The notes below the pieces were generated by a model. The model was not told the DNA's origin and searched no databases. It was given only the letters and a program-made list of their open reading frames with translations. The translations under genes were made by a program, and so were the position numbers. This document shows, one piece after another, positions 9,399 to 19,895 of a stretch of 64,000 nt of DNA (position 1 is its first letter; every line of letters starts with the position of its first letter). The stretch lies in assembly GCA_965215015.1 (NCBI GenBank), contig OZ244042.1, positions 2,688,001-2,752,000 of the forward strand. Direction: 5' to 3'. This DNA comes from Candidatus Poribacteria bacterium (GTDB lineage Bacteria > Poribacteria > WGA-4E > PCPOR2b).

Positions 9399-10457
9399 CT
9401 ATGGCTGCATTGACTCGCCACGAAGTAAGAACGCGCGGATGTCATATCTGCCCGGACGTTCAACCGGCAAGTCGCCGCTCTCAATCATCGCTTCAAGGGG
9501 TGAGGCGTGGGTACGGACCGGCATCTGCACCACTTCGTGCAGCCGTGCGGAGTCGTAGATTGCCATGATAATCTCCACAGCGGCACGTCCGTTTATCGCT
9601 TCGCCGCGATGGCCGCTTCTCCCTTCGATCCACGAGATCAGCTCCCGTACTTGTGCCACGGAAGGATTTTCTCCCTCCGCTCGGCGGTCTTCCCACTCTG
9701 TCCGCTTGCTGTTGAGCAGGAGGACTCGTTGTTCGGTCAAATCTATAATACCGTCGGAACCGTAGATAATCCCACCTTGATAATTGGGGCCCGCAATCTC
9801 CTGAAGCAGCAGTCCGATACAACCGCCTTGGAAGCCAATAATCCCCGCACTCCGGTCCTCAATCGGTATATCTCGCTCGTAACGTTCCGTCTTGCGTTCA
9901 ATGTTGCCAATGACCCACTCGGCATCTGGATCACCGAGGACATAGCGCATCATGTCGAACAGATGCGAGCAGTCGTTCAGGAGACCTTGACCCCCTTTGC
10001 ACACAATTTGGCGAGGCTCCCCTATCGCACCGTTGGCAATGAGCTGACGGGCATCTGTCCAAACCGGGTTGAACCGGCGTTGATGTGCGATCGCAACCTT
10101 GACATTGTTTCGCTGTGCTGCAATCAGCATCTCGTCACAATCGCCGAGATTGGTTGCCATCGGTTTCTCGCAGAGCACCGCTCTCGGTTTCCGGGCGCAG
10201 GCGGCGATTGTCATGGGGGCGTGGAGCCTGTGCCATGTCGCAACACTCACAATATCAAGATTCTCCTTGTCGAGCATCTCGCGGACGTCGAGATAACGGG
10301 TCTGGATGTTATGGCGTTCCCCGAAATCGTTCAACGCATCTTCAACGGGATCGGCAATAGCGACGATTTCGACTTCCTCAACACCTCGATAGCCGTGTAC
10401 ATGCAGCCCTGCGATGCTGCCACAACCGATAATTCCAACACGATATTTATCTGACAT
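9399..10457 (-). CDS. Gfo/Idh/MocA family oxidoreductase
   Basis: VGIIGCGSIA and CEKPMA motifs; start moved to the ATG after RBS AGGAAGG. Confidence 0.92.
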   Translation of the reverse strand: MSDKYRVGIIGCGSIAGLHVHGYRGVEEVEIVAIADPVEDALNDFGERHNIQTRYLDVREMLDKENLDIVSVATWHRLHAPMTIAACARKPRAVLCEKPMATNLGDCDEMLIAAQRNNVKVAIAHQRRFNPVWTDARQLIANGAIGEPRQIVCKGGQGLLNDCSHLFDMMRYVLGDPDAEWVIGNIERKTERYERDIPIEDRSAGIIGFQGGCIGLLLQEIAGPNYQGGIIYGSDGIIDLTEQRVLLLNSKRTEWEDRRAEGENPSVAQVRELISWIEGRSGHRGEAINGRAAVEIIMAIYDSARLHEVVQMPVRTHASPLEAMIESGDLPVERPGRYDIRAFLLRGESMQP

Positions 10458-10478
10458 ATTGTTGATTCCTTCCTGAAT

Positions 10479-10709
10479 TAGCACGAGTTGCTACTTGTTG
10501 TTTCGATGCCTGTCTGAATCATGAAACGTAAGAAGTGCATTAGGGGTTCATTGGTTCATTTAACCCCAATGAGGTAAGCAGCTTGCACTATCAATGGGCA
10601 AATAGTAGGTACACTGCACCGTGTCATAATTTGCACAAGGGTTGCGGCACATAACTTTGAATTCCGATCCATCGGGACGGGACATGCCTACTACTAGCAA
10701 CTTGGGTTA
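10479..10709. mobile_element. Composite MITE/REP element (..AAGTTGCTAG / CTAGCAACTTGGGTTA family)
   Basis: Same terminal motifs at 36463-36962 and 55533-55982; same internal module order as 36789-36962. Confidence 0.65.
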
Positions 10710-10710
10710 A

Positions 10711-11718
10711 TTAGGTGACTTTGACCAGTTGCTTGCCAATATTGCTTCCCTTCAACATCCCGATAAATGCGGCGGGGGCGTTCTCAAATCCTTCCGTAAT
10801 CTCCTCTCTGTATTTCAGTTTTCCAGCCTGAATCCACTCCGCCATCTGTCGAAGCCCGTCGTCGTGTTTGTCCGCAAACTCAAAGACGAGAAATCCCTCT
10901 ATCTTCGCCCGTTTGACGATGAGGTGCCACAGAAAACGCGGCCCCATTTCCGGATTTTCCAGATTATACTGGGAAATCTGACCGCAGATTGCCACCCGCG
11001 CTTTCACGTTGATCAACGGAAAGACCGCATCGGTAATCGTACCACCGACGTTGTCAAAATAAGTGTCAATCCCGCCCGGACACTGCTCGGCTAGCTTTGC
11101 GCCGTAATCCTCGACCGCCTTATAGTTGAATGCAGCATCAAAGCCGAGTTCGTCCACGACGTAATCCACCTTCTCATCGCTGCCGGTGCTGCCTACTGCG
11201 CGGCAACCCTTTATCTTGGCGATCTGCCCCACCAAAGAACCGACCGCTCCTGCTGCTGCGGACACAAAAACCGTTTCCCCCGGCTGTGGATCACAGATCT
11301 CCAATAAGCCGAAGTATGCGGTCAGCCCCGGCATACCGAGAATCCCTAAAGCTGTCGATATAGGGGCGAGGGTTGGATCTACTTTCCGGAGATTGCTCCC
11401 GTTGGATACTCCGTACTCTTGCCAGCCTAATCCGCCGGCAGCGATATCTCCCACTTGAAAGTCTGAGTTATTAGAAGCGACAACTTCGCCAACAATGCTG
11501 CCGACCATCACTTCGCCGATCTGTACGTTTGGGGCATAAGAGGCTCTGTCGTTCATCCGGCCGCGCATGTATGGGTCCACAGACAGGTAATTGGTATGTA
11601 CAAGCACCTCCCCATCTTTGGGAACCGGAATCGGCTCGGTCACTAGGTCAAAATCTGACGGTTTTGGATAGCCAACGGGCCTTGCAGCTAAAGTGAATTT
11701 TCGATTGATGTTTGACAT
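10711..11718 (-). CDS. NADP-dependent oxidoreductase (MDR, CurA/PTGR1-like)
   Basis: LSVDPYMRGRM, LGMPGLTAYFGL, VSAAAGAVGS and YFDNVGG motifs. Confidence 0.95.
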   Translation of the reverse strand: MSNINRKFTLAARPVGYPKPSDFDLVTEPIPVPKDGEVLVHTNYLSVDPYMRGRMNDRASYAPNVQIGEVMVGSIVGEVVASNNSDFQVGDIAAGGLGWQEYGVSNGSNLRKVDPTLAPISTALGILGMPGLTAYFGLLEICDPQPGETVFVSAAAGAVGSLVGQIAKIKGCRAVGSTGSDEKVDYVVDELGFDAAFNYKAVEDYGAKLAEQCPGGIDTYFDNVGGTITDAVFPLINVKARVAICGQISQYNLENPEMGPRFLWHLIVKRAKIEGFLVFEFADKHDDGLRQMAEWIQAGKLKYREEITEGFENAPAAFIGMLKGSNIGKQLVKVT

Positions 11719-11747
11719 TGAAATAATTTCCTCCGAAAAAGGGGTTC

Positions 11748-11898
11748 GCTCATATTAAGAAATCGTGTAAAGCCCCCGAATTTTGCCGAAAAAACTCAAG
11801 GGCAAATACCAATCGTGTTGGACTCTGGTGTTTAGTGAATTGAGCCAAGACGGTTGCGCGATGTCCCGGGTATCTTTGCACTCTCTTTTCACATGAGC
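11748..11898. mobile_element. MITE-like repeat (GCTCATRTTAAG...CATGAGC family)
   Basis: Related copies at 21017-21104, about 39786-39852, 51233-51360, 57238-57325 and 58458-58547, each with an internal CCGAGTTTT..AAAACTCGG-type hairpin. Confidence 0.65.
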
Positions 11899-11919
11899 CA
11901 AGGGATTTTGGGGAATCGT

Positions 11920-12381
11920 TCAGATGCCGTCCTTTTGGCACTCGGCACAGTATCCCAAAATCTCATTTCTATATTTTACCGGCTTGAACTGGTGTGTTTT
12001 GCAAACGTCTTCTTGGAGCGCGTCAATCTCCAGGCTTTCAAACTCAATGATACTGCTACATCGCAGGCAGATTAGATGGGCGTGCTCTTGGCGTGAATGG
12101 ATGTGTTCATAATGCGACTGTTTCTGTGCATCAATCACCTCCGTCAGCAGCCCACTTTTGACAAGAAGCGGTAACGTCCGATAGATCGTCGCACGCGAAG
12201 CTGTATATCCATTTTGGCGCATCCGCATCAACAGATCATCCGCACGGAAATGATCATCGTAAGCGAAGACCTGTTCGAGGATGTTGCGCCGCTCCGCTGT
12301 GAGTCGGAGCGCATTGCTTTCAAGGTATTTGCTGAATTTTTGAATAATCTGTGATTGAATTGTTTGCTTGTTTTCTTGCAT
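11920..12381 (-). CDS. Fur family transcriptional regulator
   Basis: LRLTAERR, SRATIYRTL, HAHLICLRC and C-terminal CAEC; RBS AAGGAG before ATG 12381. Confidence 0.93.
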   Translation of the reverse strand: MQENKQTIQSQIIQKFSKYLESNALRLTAERRNILEQVFAYDDHFRADDLLMRMRQNGYTASRATIYRTLPLLVKSGLLTEVIDAQKQSHYEHIHSRQEHAHLICLRCSSIIEFESLEIDALQEDVCKTHQFKPVKYRNEILGYCAECQKDGI

Positions 12382-12613
12382 AATAAAGATCTCCTTACTT
12401 ATTAGTGAGGAATGCTTTCGGAACAAATGAGATTTGCCCTTGTCGTTAGAGTTGACGGTACAGATGATCTTCTTTGCCTATCAAGAATCGACTTGGGGAT
12501 TGCTGGTTGTTCTTCTGGATATCGCTCGACGAGTGCCTTAGCGACCCATAGTCATGAGCAACCCTTTTTGATAGTTTCGACGGATTGTTTAGGTAATTAG
12601 TTGTTCCGAACAT

Positions 12614-12631
12614 GAATAATAATCGTTATTC
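12614..12631. promoter_or_regulatory. Fur-box-like palindrome upstream of the Fur-family gene
   Basis: GAATAATAATCGTTATTC; core matches AATGATAATCATT at 11 of 13 positions. Confidence 0.45.
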
Positions 12632-12677
12632 CCCACTAAGGACAGGTATCTCTAGTTAACTATAGATATTATTCTAA

Positions 12678-12760
12678 CTGTCTGAATCAGGATTCTCAGG
12701 ATTTGAAGATTTTGAGGATTTAGGGTGTTCATTTGAACCCCTAATCCTGAGAATCCTGAT
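12678..12760. repeat. TGTCTGAATCAGGATT-family inverted repeat element
   Basis: Same end as 30472-30680; internal AGGATT/AATCCT iterations. Confidence 0.7.
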
Positions 12761-12821
12761 GCACCTTCTGGTTCTGAAACGCACAGGCTTTGAATGTTGA
12801 CAAATCCCAAAGGAGACCATC

Positions 12822-13406
12822 ATGAATCCATTAGCAGTGAAACATAACACGATTGTAAACTCTCGGGCGGCAGGCGTCTGCCGCCACAAGGACACGCTTG
12901 ATGAAAAGGGGCGCATCCGTATCGTTGTGGCGTGGGATGCACTCTCGGAAAACACCAAGACAGCTTATCAGAAGGCGTATAAACGGTTTGATAGCCGTGG
13001 CGTGGTGGTTGAATCGCTTGATGATGAATCGCTTGCCCTGTGCATCTCGCAACTGGACACTGAAGGGCTGTCGCCTGCCACGCTCTCTCTTACTGTCGCT
13101 TCGGTCAAGTGGTATTTCAAACATATCATGCGCTCTCCAGCCAGATGGACAACCACTGATAAGCGGCTGATCACCATCAAGCGTGATACTCAGAACAGGG
13201 GCAATGGTCAAGTCGACGGTCTTTCGTGGGCGGATGTGGATTTCGTGTGCAGGTTCGCTGAATCATCAAAAAGCATCAAGGGCTATCGGGATTCTGCATT
13301 GATACGGCTCATGAGTGATTGCTTACTTCGTATCAGTGAAGCGGTGGCGGTCAACGTCGAGGATATCCAAGAAAATGCCTTAATCGTCCAGTCGAGTAAC
13401 TTGTAG
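12822..13406 (+). pseudogene. Truncated tyrosine recombinase/integrase
   Basis: SENTKTAY, GLSPATL and RDSALIRLMSDCLLRISEAV (catalytic Arg box); the HxxR and Tyr boxes are missing. Confidence 0.85.
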
Positions 13407-13580
13407 TAATTGTCTCATCAACTTGACCCCTCCCCTATGTTCCCATTCACTTCTAAATTTCTCGGTATCAGAGTAAACAATTTTGCCGTTTTTTCGATGC
13501 AACCAATACCACACAGGCTCCATATCTTCGTCTCGATCTTTAAATTTAGTGAGACTGTTAGCATCCAAAATAAGACACAT
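13380..13580 (-). pseudogene. Truncated PIN-like protein (partner of the AAA ATPase)
   Basis: N-terminal CLILDAN; 3' end collides with the integrase remnant. Confidence 0.5.
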
Positions 13581-13582
13581 AA

Positions 13583-14254
13583 CTAATCCTCAAAACCCAT
13601 GAGGTGGCTGGTTTCTTTCATGAAAAATTCTCCGTAATGCACCGGGAACCCCTTCATATTAGCCATCTTATCAAAACTGATATTATGCACCTTGACAACA
13701 CGCCCCTTTGGTTCCAAATATATCAACGATACATCTTCGGGGCAGATATTACCTTTCCTGATTTCAATCCGCGCCCGGTCAATCATATAGTCGCTGTGTG
13801 TTTCAACGATGAACGCCAACCTCAGCTTACTCGATCTAGCCAGTAAAGAGGAGAGTGCCGCCTGTGCCCTCGGGTGTAGATGGACTTCGGGCTGTTGTAA
13901 TAAGAAGAAAGGCTTTTCCATCAGCGGCCCGCGAGGAATAGGCGGATCTAAACTATTCACTAAAATTGGCAGAATTTGACTGACACCGTAACCGACATCA
14001 ACAATATTAGAATTAGGTCCCCTCACCTTGACCTTCAGTTGAAATGGGTTGCCCATAGATCCACCAAGGTTTTTAACCTCTATGTTCTGAAACAGACCCG
14101 AATGCTTACCAAATTCGACCAACTGCGTTTTTAGACCTTCCCACCTCTCTTTGTCAGTCGCTTGCATCTGCATTAACAGCATTGGTACATCACTCCCCTC
14201 AGGAGCATAAAATTCCCTCGTCGGGTCATACGTCCGTTTCGGGCGTGAGCGAAG
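13583..14254 (-). pseudogene. C-terminal half of an AAA_21/DUF3696-type ABC-like ATPase
   Basis: DVGYGVSQILP, LLQQPEVHLHP and IVETHSDY motifs; frame extends upstream to LRSRPKRTYDP; no Walker A. Confidence 0.8.
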
Positions 14255-14628
14255 TTGTGTGCTGGACTTTAATCCAGGGTTCTGCTTTAATTTGCTGGCT
14301 TATACTAACATCTCCAACTTGTCTCGTAACAGCCCTTCCATTTACCAAAGCTCGTCGCAATTTTACGTCTTTTAACCATTCATCACGATACCTAGTAACT
14401 ACTGAAGCGGTCAACTGGCACCCAAAGCCACCTTTGATTTGTGTGTCGTTATGGCACACAAGACAAAGAACGGCCAGATTTTCAACAACGTTGTTACTTG
14501 GATTCGCATCAATGTGATGAATTTGTACTGGTTTTCCTCTTTCTCTACAATACACAACAAATTCGATCTGATATAAATAATACTTCTGCCCTTAAGTTAT
14601 CGGGGATGGCGGTTCGTTGTTTTGCCAT
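14255..14628 (-). pseudogene. Frameshifted/truncated HNH endonuclease
   Basis: MAKQRTAIP..SDRICCV, then a frameshift, then CRERGKPVQIHHID.NPSNN..NLAVLCLVCHND. Confidence 0.8.
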
Positions 14629-14732
14629 AAGCATCGCAGAAATGTTATAACTTTTCACTCTGCTGCCCCTCAATGAAGGCTCCAGCGATACTGTTTACCT
14701 TCGTCTTTTCGGTTCTTAATTTTCCGGGACAT

Positions 14733-15257
14733 TCAAACCGCTTCAGTTTTCCGCTCCATAGCGAGCAGTTTCCGTTTCCAGTGCAACCCACCCGCATAAC
14801 CGCCGAGCCCCCCGTCGCTACGGACGACACGATGGCATGGCACAATAATCGCCAGTGGATTGGCACCCATCGCCCCGCCAACCGCTCGCACTGCGTTCGG
14901 CTTGCCAATCTCCCGCGCAATCCAACCGTAGCTTTGGACTTGACCGTAAGGAATCTGAAGAGCCGTCTCCCAAACGCGCTGCTGAAACGGCGTCCCGGCA
15001 CCTAAATCAAGTTTGATGTCAAAATCAACTGGAGCCCTATCGAAGTATTGTGTCAGCAACTCTGCCGTGTTCAATAGTTCCGGATCAGAGGGGTTGGGCG
15101 TGAGTGGATGTAACCCCCGTTTGCCGTGCGAGCCATTGCGGAGGCGATCTGTTATAGCTGCGTCTGTTGGCGCACCAAAGGTAACGCGAGCAATCCCTCG
15201 GTCAGATCTCGCAATACCGACCCAGCCGAACTTCGATTCAAAGCAGGTATAGTTCAT
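14733..15257 (-). CDS. ogt: Methylated-DNA--protein-cysteine methyltransferase
   Basis: GTPFQQRVW, IPYG, RAVGGA and PCHRV active site. Confidence 0.95.
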   Translation of the reverse strand: MNYTCFESKFGWVGIARSDRGIARVTFGAPTDAAITDRLRNGSHGKRGLHPLTPNPSDPELLNTAELLTQYFDRAPVDFDIKLDLGAGTPFQQRVWETALQIPYGQVQSYGWIAREIGKPNAVRAVGGAMGANPLAIIVPCHRVVRSDGGLGGYAGGLHWKRKLLAMERKTEAV

Positions 15258-15262
15258 AGCGG

Positions 15263-15496
15263 TTATACAGCCGTCCCAAGCTCGGCACCTTCGCCTGTTG
15301 GAATCGACTCTCCTTCAACTTCAATCCTCACCCATTCACGACTGAGGAGATCAAATAGAGCCATCACCTCCTGCCGCTGCGTGAGACTATCAAGCGGCAC
15401 CTCAAAGGTGAGTGTCGCAAACTCCTCCTTCTGTACATCGCCCTCCTTGTTGAATTTAACAGGAGTAATCTGAATCTTTTTTAACTTTGCATCCAT
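15263..15496 (-). CDS. Hypothetical protein (77 aa)
   Basis: RBS AAGGAGG; tightly spaced with ogt. Confidence 0.7.
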   Translation of the reverse strand: MDAKLKKIQITPVKFNKEGDVQKEEFATLTFEVPLDSLTQRQEVMALFDLLSREWVRIEVEGESIPTGEGAELGTAV

Positions 15497-15527
15497 AGGC
15501 TTGTTGCCTCCTTAAAAATTTGGTTTT

Positions 15528-15634
15528 AGGACTTACGCAGTTGAATACCTCAATGCTTGCAATGGTGATTCATCCTCCGTAATTCGTACGGAACGCAGAT
15601 CTGCGTTCCCTACAACCTGAAGTGCGTAAGTCCT
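15528..15634. mobile_element. MITE with AGGACTTACGCA inverted ends enclosing a GTAG-type REP hairpin
   Basis: Perfect 12-bp TIR; related ends at about 28971-29020, 48661-49011 and 57061-57230; the inner GGAACGCAGATCTGCGTTCCCTAC recurs at about 30092-30119. Confidence 0.75.
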
Positions 15635-15650
15635 GGTCTGTTATTCAAAG

Positions 15651-16864
15651 AGCTCGGTAACGGGACACTGAAAACCCGGAATCACATCGGCACCAGTCAA
15701 GGGATTCTCTTCGGAAAGGACTTCAACGGAAGAATTAGATTTTTACCATACTCCCCAACCTAAAGGGTTAGGATTCTTACTTATTCCTTATAGACTTAGA
15801 ATTGCTCTATCTTGTCTGTTAGCCGCTGTTAGATTCTACCTAACAGACGTCAAGGTTCGCTCCAATTCTATCGGAGACTGAGGCCCTTTTCTGAGAAGGT
15901 AGATGTCCTCACCCAATGGATATTAACCGCAGCATTGCGGTCTCTATCCAACTGTGTATCGCAACTTGGACATTGCCAGGTTCCATCACGAAGGTTTAGG
16001 GTTGGATTGACTGCGCCACAGACATAACAAGTCTTTGATGAAGGATACCACTTGTCTATGAAACGGATGTCTCTATCCTTCTTTTGGGCAATGTGCTTGA
16101 GCTGCTGCACAAAGTCAGAAAAACCCAAGTCAGAGACTTTGCGCCCCCACAGGCTTTTCATCCTTTAAGGTTGAAGATCTCCAGTGAAATCCAATCATAT
16201 CTGTCTGTAAGGTCGGGCAAATTTCCAGTGGAAATCGGCGTGTTGATTGGCTATTTTGCGGTGCTTACGGGCAAGATGAATCCGTGACCGTTGCCGGTTG
16301 ATTGTGCGATAGGGGTGAAAATCTCTCACGAAAAACAAGACAAGTATACCCCATTTCACCGGCGATTTCAAAAAAAATGCTTGGGCTTCACGGGCTAAAG
16401 CCCCTATCAGTAAGCGTAAACCTGACGAGATTTCGGATAAACCACCCAGATACATTTTACACAGGCTTCTAAACATTCGTTGACCTTTTCGAGGATTTCA
16501 CTCGGTCGATCGTATGGCCAGACTACCTCGACTGTCAGATCAGGGACGATTTCTAGATAATCGTCAGAAGGGCTCTCAGGCATCCTATGTTTTGCAATGA
16601 AAGCTGCACCAGCAGCGCGGACCGTATCCGGATTGCGTGCGGTGTAAAATCCCGTTTCTGCTGCGTATACCTTGCCAAGGTCATTCTGCTGAACATATAT
16701 TTCTAGCAGCGATCCAAGAATCATTGCCAACTCGCCCTGAATATCTCCTGCTATACCTATCTATATAATCCCTCCCTTCACCAATTTGACATGTCCAATC
16801 AGCTTGGGGACATCTCAAGCAGTTGTTCTCCTGTGATTCTTTCTTGCGATTGTGTCGCGATCAA
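15651..16864 (-). pseudogene. Uma2 (DUF820) family endonuclease pseudogene split by an IS605 element
   Basis: AETGF...PDTVRA...PDLTVEV..WVVYP; C-terminus KSNSSVEVL..LTGADVIPGFQCPVTELFE lies at 15742-15651; the 5' part has a stop and a frameshift. Confidence 0.88.
15743..16409 (-). mobile_element. tnpB: Internally deleted IS605-family tnpB element inserted 3' of TTAC
   Basis: LWGRKVSDLGF, YPSSKTCYVCG and WQCPSCDTQLDRDRNAA fragments; right end GAATCCTAACCCTTTAGGTTGGGGAGTATGGTAA; no target duplication. Confidence 0.9.
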
Positions 16865-16908
16865 CTCCTTCCAACCAGGTCGAGATTCTACCGTGCCCCT
16901 GTGGTATT

Positions 16909-19233
16909 CTAAAATGGCCCAACCTTGAGTAGCTGTGACAATTTTACAAAGACAATCTGCTCTGTTTCGCCATCTTTTTCGCGATTATTGTTGTAGACCA
17001 CAAAGAACGTGCTTTCAGGCAGATATTCATAAGCGAACAATCCGAAAATTCGTCGCTCATCATCAATCGTAAACTCCGCGCTGGAGCGGAAGAACATCCG
17101 TTGTGCGAATTGATAGTTGATAGCAAAGCGGCGCGTCCACTGTTCCAGTTCACCATCTTCCACCAAACGCTGCAGGGTCAATTCTAAGTCTAGCTTCGCT
17201 GTTGGACGGATTGTTATCTCTGGACGAATGAAGAAAGTATCTTTATCGTCTCGGATGCCGACTGTTCCAAAATTCCGAATCCGCACCCACTTGGGTGGAA
17301 ACCAGCCCGTGAAGAAATTCAGCACTTTATCTGTATAAGCCACACCGTCATCATTGACGTGATAGTACCATTCTGGACCGGTGAAAAGGAAGATATTCTT
17401 AACCCCAATCAACCCACGAATCTGATAGCGTTCGTTGGTCAGTTCACCTGCCTGGTTATACAAGCGGTCATATACGCCTTCGCCGCGCAGGCGTTGTACC
17501 AACCCCGCGTATTGCTTATTGTACCGGGTGGTAAACTCGACCCCCCGCCGATTCGTCCTCGGAATAAAACCGGTCTCCACATCAAAGTTTTCTCCGATAT
17601 CGATATATCGCGCCTCAAAAGAAAACACATTCGCTCGGCGAGAAAATTCGGCAAAGATTATATCATCACCGATGGGGTCATCGCCCTCAGGGCCTGACTT
17701 CCACTCTCTGGCGTATTCAAGGTTGAGATTGACACTGGCGGGCAGCCGAAAACGTGCATCAACTCCCGACGCCCGGTCGTACAGACTCTGCCCCTGTTTG
17801 TTTACCCCCAACAGTCCGATTGCTGAGTTATTGCCAAGTTCCCGTTGCACACGGAAAACGGAGTAGTTGTATTCATCTGCCGGCAGATGATCCGCGTCAA
17901 TCTCGTAAACGCTAAGCCGATCCCCCTGCTCTATGATAGTGTACTGTTTCTCTTCCGCTGCGTCTGTTACCAACCACTTGCTTCCTTTATCCTTGATGCC
18001 AACATAGAGCTCTTCGATTTCGGAAAGCGAGATGTCATTCCTCTCAAAGACTTTGTGCAAATCCCGCGAGAGCATTTCCCGATCGAGATTGCTACTGTAC
18101 CGCGATTTTGTCTTGAAGGCTGCGTTCTCCGGCCCTGCCTGTGCGTTCAGGAAGGCGAAATTATAATCATTCAGCTTGCCAATTACCTTCCCTCCATACA
18201 TGAGATCCTCAACACGGCGACTATAAAACAGCTCAACCGGTGTCTGAAAAAGTTCGTTCCCTTCCAAGAAGAATGGGCGCTTCTCTGGAAAACGGATCGG
18301 GATATCTGATAGGTTAACCAGATCCGGATCCGCCTCAATCTGTGCGAAATCGGGATTGAGCGTGAAGTCGACCGTCACGCTTGAGAAAGGATACCGGACA
18401 TCGATGCCTGCGGCGGTATTCAATTCGGGGGTCTGATCGCCTATTTTCTCCGGCTTTAGGGTCCCGTAAGGTTTAACCTCTAGCGGCCGCTTCGTAACCA
18501 ATTGATCTAACGGCAAGTTGGTCAGATGTCCAAACTGTGAAACAGCGTACTGCCGCCCCCCAAGTTCTACCCACGATAACTCCTCCTGCTGCGACTCATC
18601 ATTCCGCCAAAAATTGATTCCCCAAACTGCATGGGGATTCTTCTTTGGGAAACGGAGTTCCGCAAACGGGATGGAAAACTCCGCTGTCCATCGGTCATCA
18701 TATTTCGCAGTATACCCAGACCAATCACAGTCCCAAGCGATAGCGGAACCGACATTAGAGCTACTCCGCCTCACATTTCCCCCCTCATTTGTTATCCGTC
18801 GATCTGTCTGAGTACTGAGCGGATTCAACGCGAAAGCGTAGCAGTTACGTTGATCGAGGTAAGTATCAATTAAGACTTCAACGTGATCATCGGAGAAGAA
18901 GAAAGAGTCCCGTCGAACGGAATTTGCGGCGAGGACGTGCATGTCACTCTTGAAACATTCAAAACCGACGTACAGCCGGTTCTGATCATAGAGCAGGTAA
19001 ACCCTCGTTTTATGGCTGGCAGGCTCACCTGAATTGGGCTCAAATTGAATAAGGTCGCCGGTCTGTGCCGCCTTTTGCCAACATGGATCGTCTAGTTTTC
19101 CATCAATTTTCGGCGGCGAATCGGTTTCAACGGCTGCGATTTTTCTGAGCATCAGATCCTCTGCAGCGTCAATCGTGCTCAAGGACAACACAAGGGTGCC
19201 CACCACAATTAACTTTAATAAAAGTTTGACCAT
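16909..19233 (-). CDS. CBM9-like plus DUF5916 outer-membrane protein
   Basis: Signal peptide, PKIDGKLDD..W, WTAEFSIPF and TLNPDFAQIEAD..FPEKRPFFLEG motifs; C-terminal barrel. Confidence 0.88.
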   Translation of the reverse strand: MVKLLLKLIVVGTLVLSLSTIDAAEDLMLRKIAAVETDSPPKIDGKLDDPCWQKAAQTGDLIQFEPNSGEPASHKTRVYLLYDQNRLYVGFECFKSDMHVLAANSVRRDSFFFSDDHVEVLIDTYLDQRNCYAFALNPLSTQTDRRITNEGGNVRRSSSNVGSAIAWDCDWSGYTAKYDDRWTAEFSIPFAELRFPKKNPHAVWGINFWRNDESQQEELSWVELGGRQYAVSQFGHLTNLPLDQLVTKRPLEVKPYGTLKPEKIGDQTPELNTAAGIDVRYPFSSVTVDFTLNPDFAQIEADPDLVNLSDIPIRFPEKRPFFLEGNELFQTPVELFYSRRVEDLMYGGKVIGKLNDYNFAFLNAQAGPENAAFKTKSRYSSNLDREMLSRDLHKVFERNDISLSEIEELYVGIKDKGSKWLVTDAAEEKQYTIIEQGDRLSVYEIDADHLPADEYNYSVFRVQRELGNNSAIGLLGVNKQGQSLYDRASGVDARFRLPASVNLNLEYAREWKSGPEGDDPIGDDIIFAEFSRRANVFSFEARYIDIGENFDVETGFIPRTNRRGVEFTTRYNKQYAGLVQRLRGEGVYDRLYNQAGELTNERYQIRGLIGVKNIFLFTGPEWYYHVNDDGVAYTDKVLNFFTGWFPPKWVRIRNFGTVGIRDDKDTFFIRPEITIRPTAKLDLELTLQRLVEDGELEQWTRRFAINYQFAQRMFFRSSAEFTIDDERRIFGLFAYEYLPESTFFVVYNNNREKDGETEQIVFVKLSQLLKVGPF

Positions 19234-19895
19234 CCATTCCTCCAAAATCCTTGTATGATATAACACGCATTATCTCTTTGCTCGGGAGATAACAACAAAA
19301 AATTCGGTTTCTCCAAGGTAGGCAGTAATTTACACTATTATTATAGTGTGTCTTGCTAGTCCATTCAATCTAAATCGTGCCGTTCCCTGAAATAATTTGT
19401 AACTCTATTGACTGAAATACCCCTATCATTTTGTCGTAGATTTTAAGTTGGGCATGTTGTATACTGAACCACATATAGCTTTGTAACCCGAGTTGACGGT
19501 AGTAGACATACTCCGTCCCGATAGATTGGGATTCAAAACACACCATACCCGTAGGTCGGGCATCTTGCCCGACTCCAACGATACAACGTGGCACAGCACC
19601 TGTCCTGGATGAAATTGGGATTTCCTGATCAGCGAAGACTATGTAGATTGGGTTGAACGGGAACCGCGAAATCCAACCCATGTGCAGCTTATTAATTGTT
19701 GGGTTTTGCTATATTCAGGAGGGTTCAATCAGAGTTGTTCTACAATCCAAGTGTAATGCTTGATATCTCTCATCGTTGCGTTTAACCTACGAGCAACTTA
19801 GACTATCGTGTTATTTTCGGCGCAGTGGGTGTTGAGGAACCTGTATCGATCTCTATGTCCACAAAAACTGTTCTCCGTCCACTGAGGAGGAACGA

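Noticed and set aside
9507-10454. Long antisense ORFs (315 aa here; also 3356-4015, 21194-21793 and 40144-40752)
   Set aside because: Shadows of well-supported genes on the opposite strand, with no motifs or RBS
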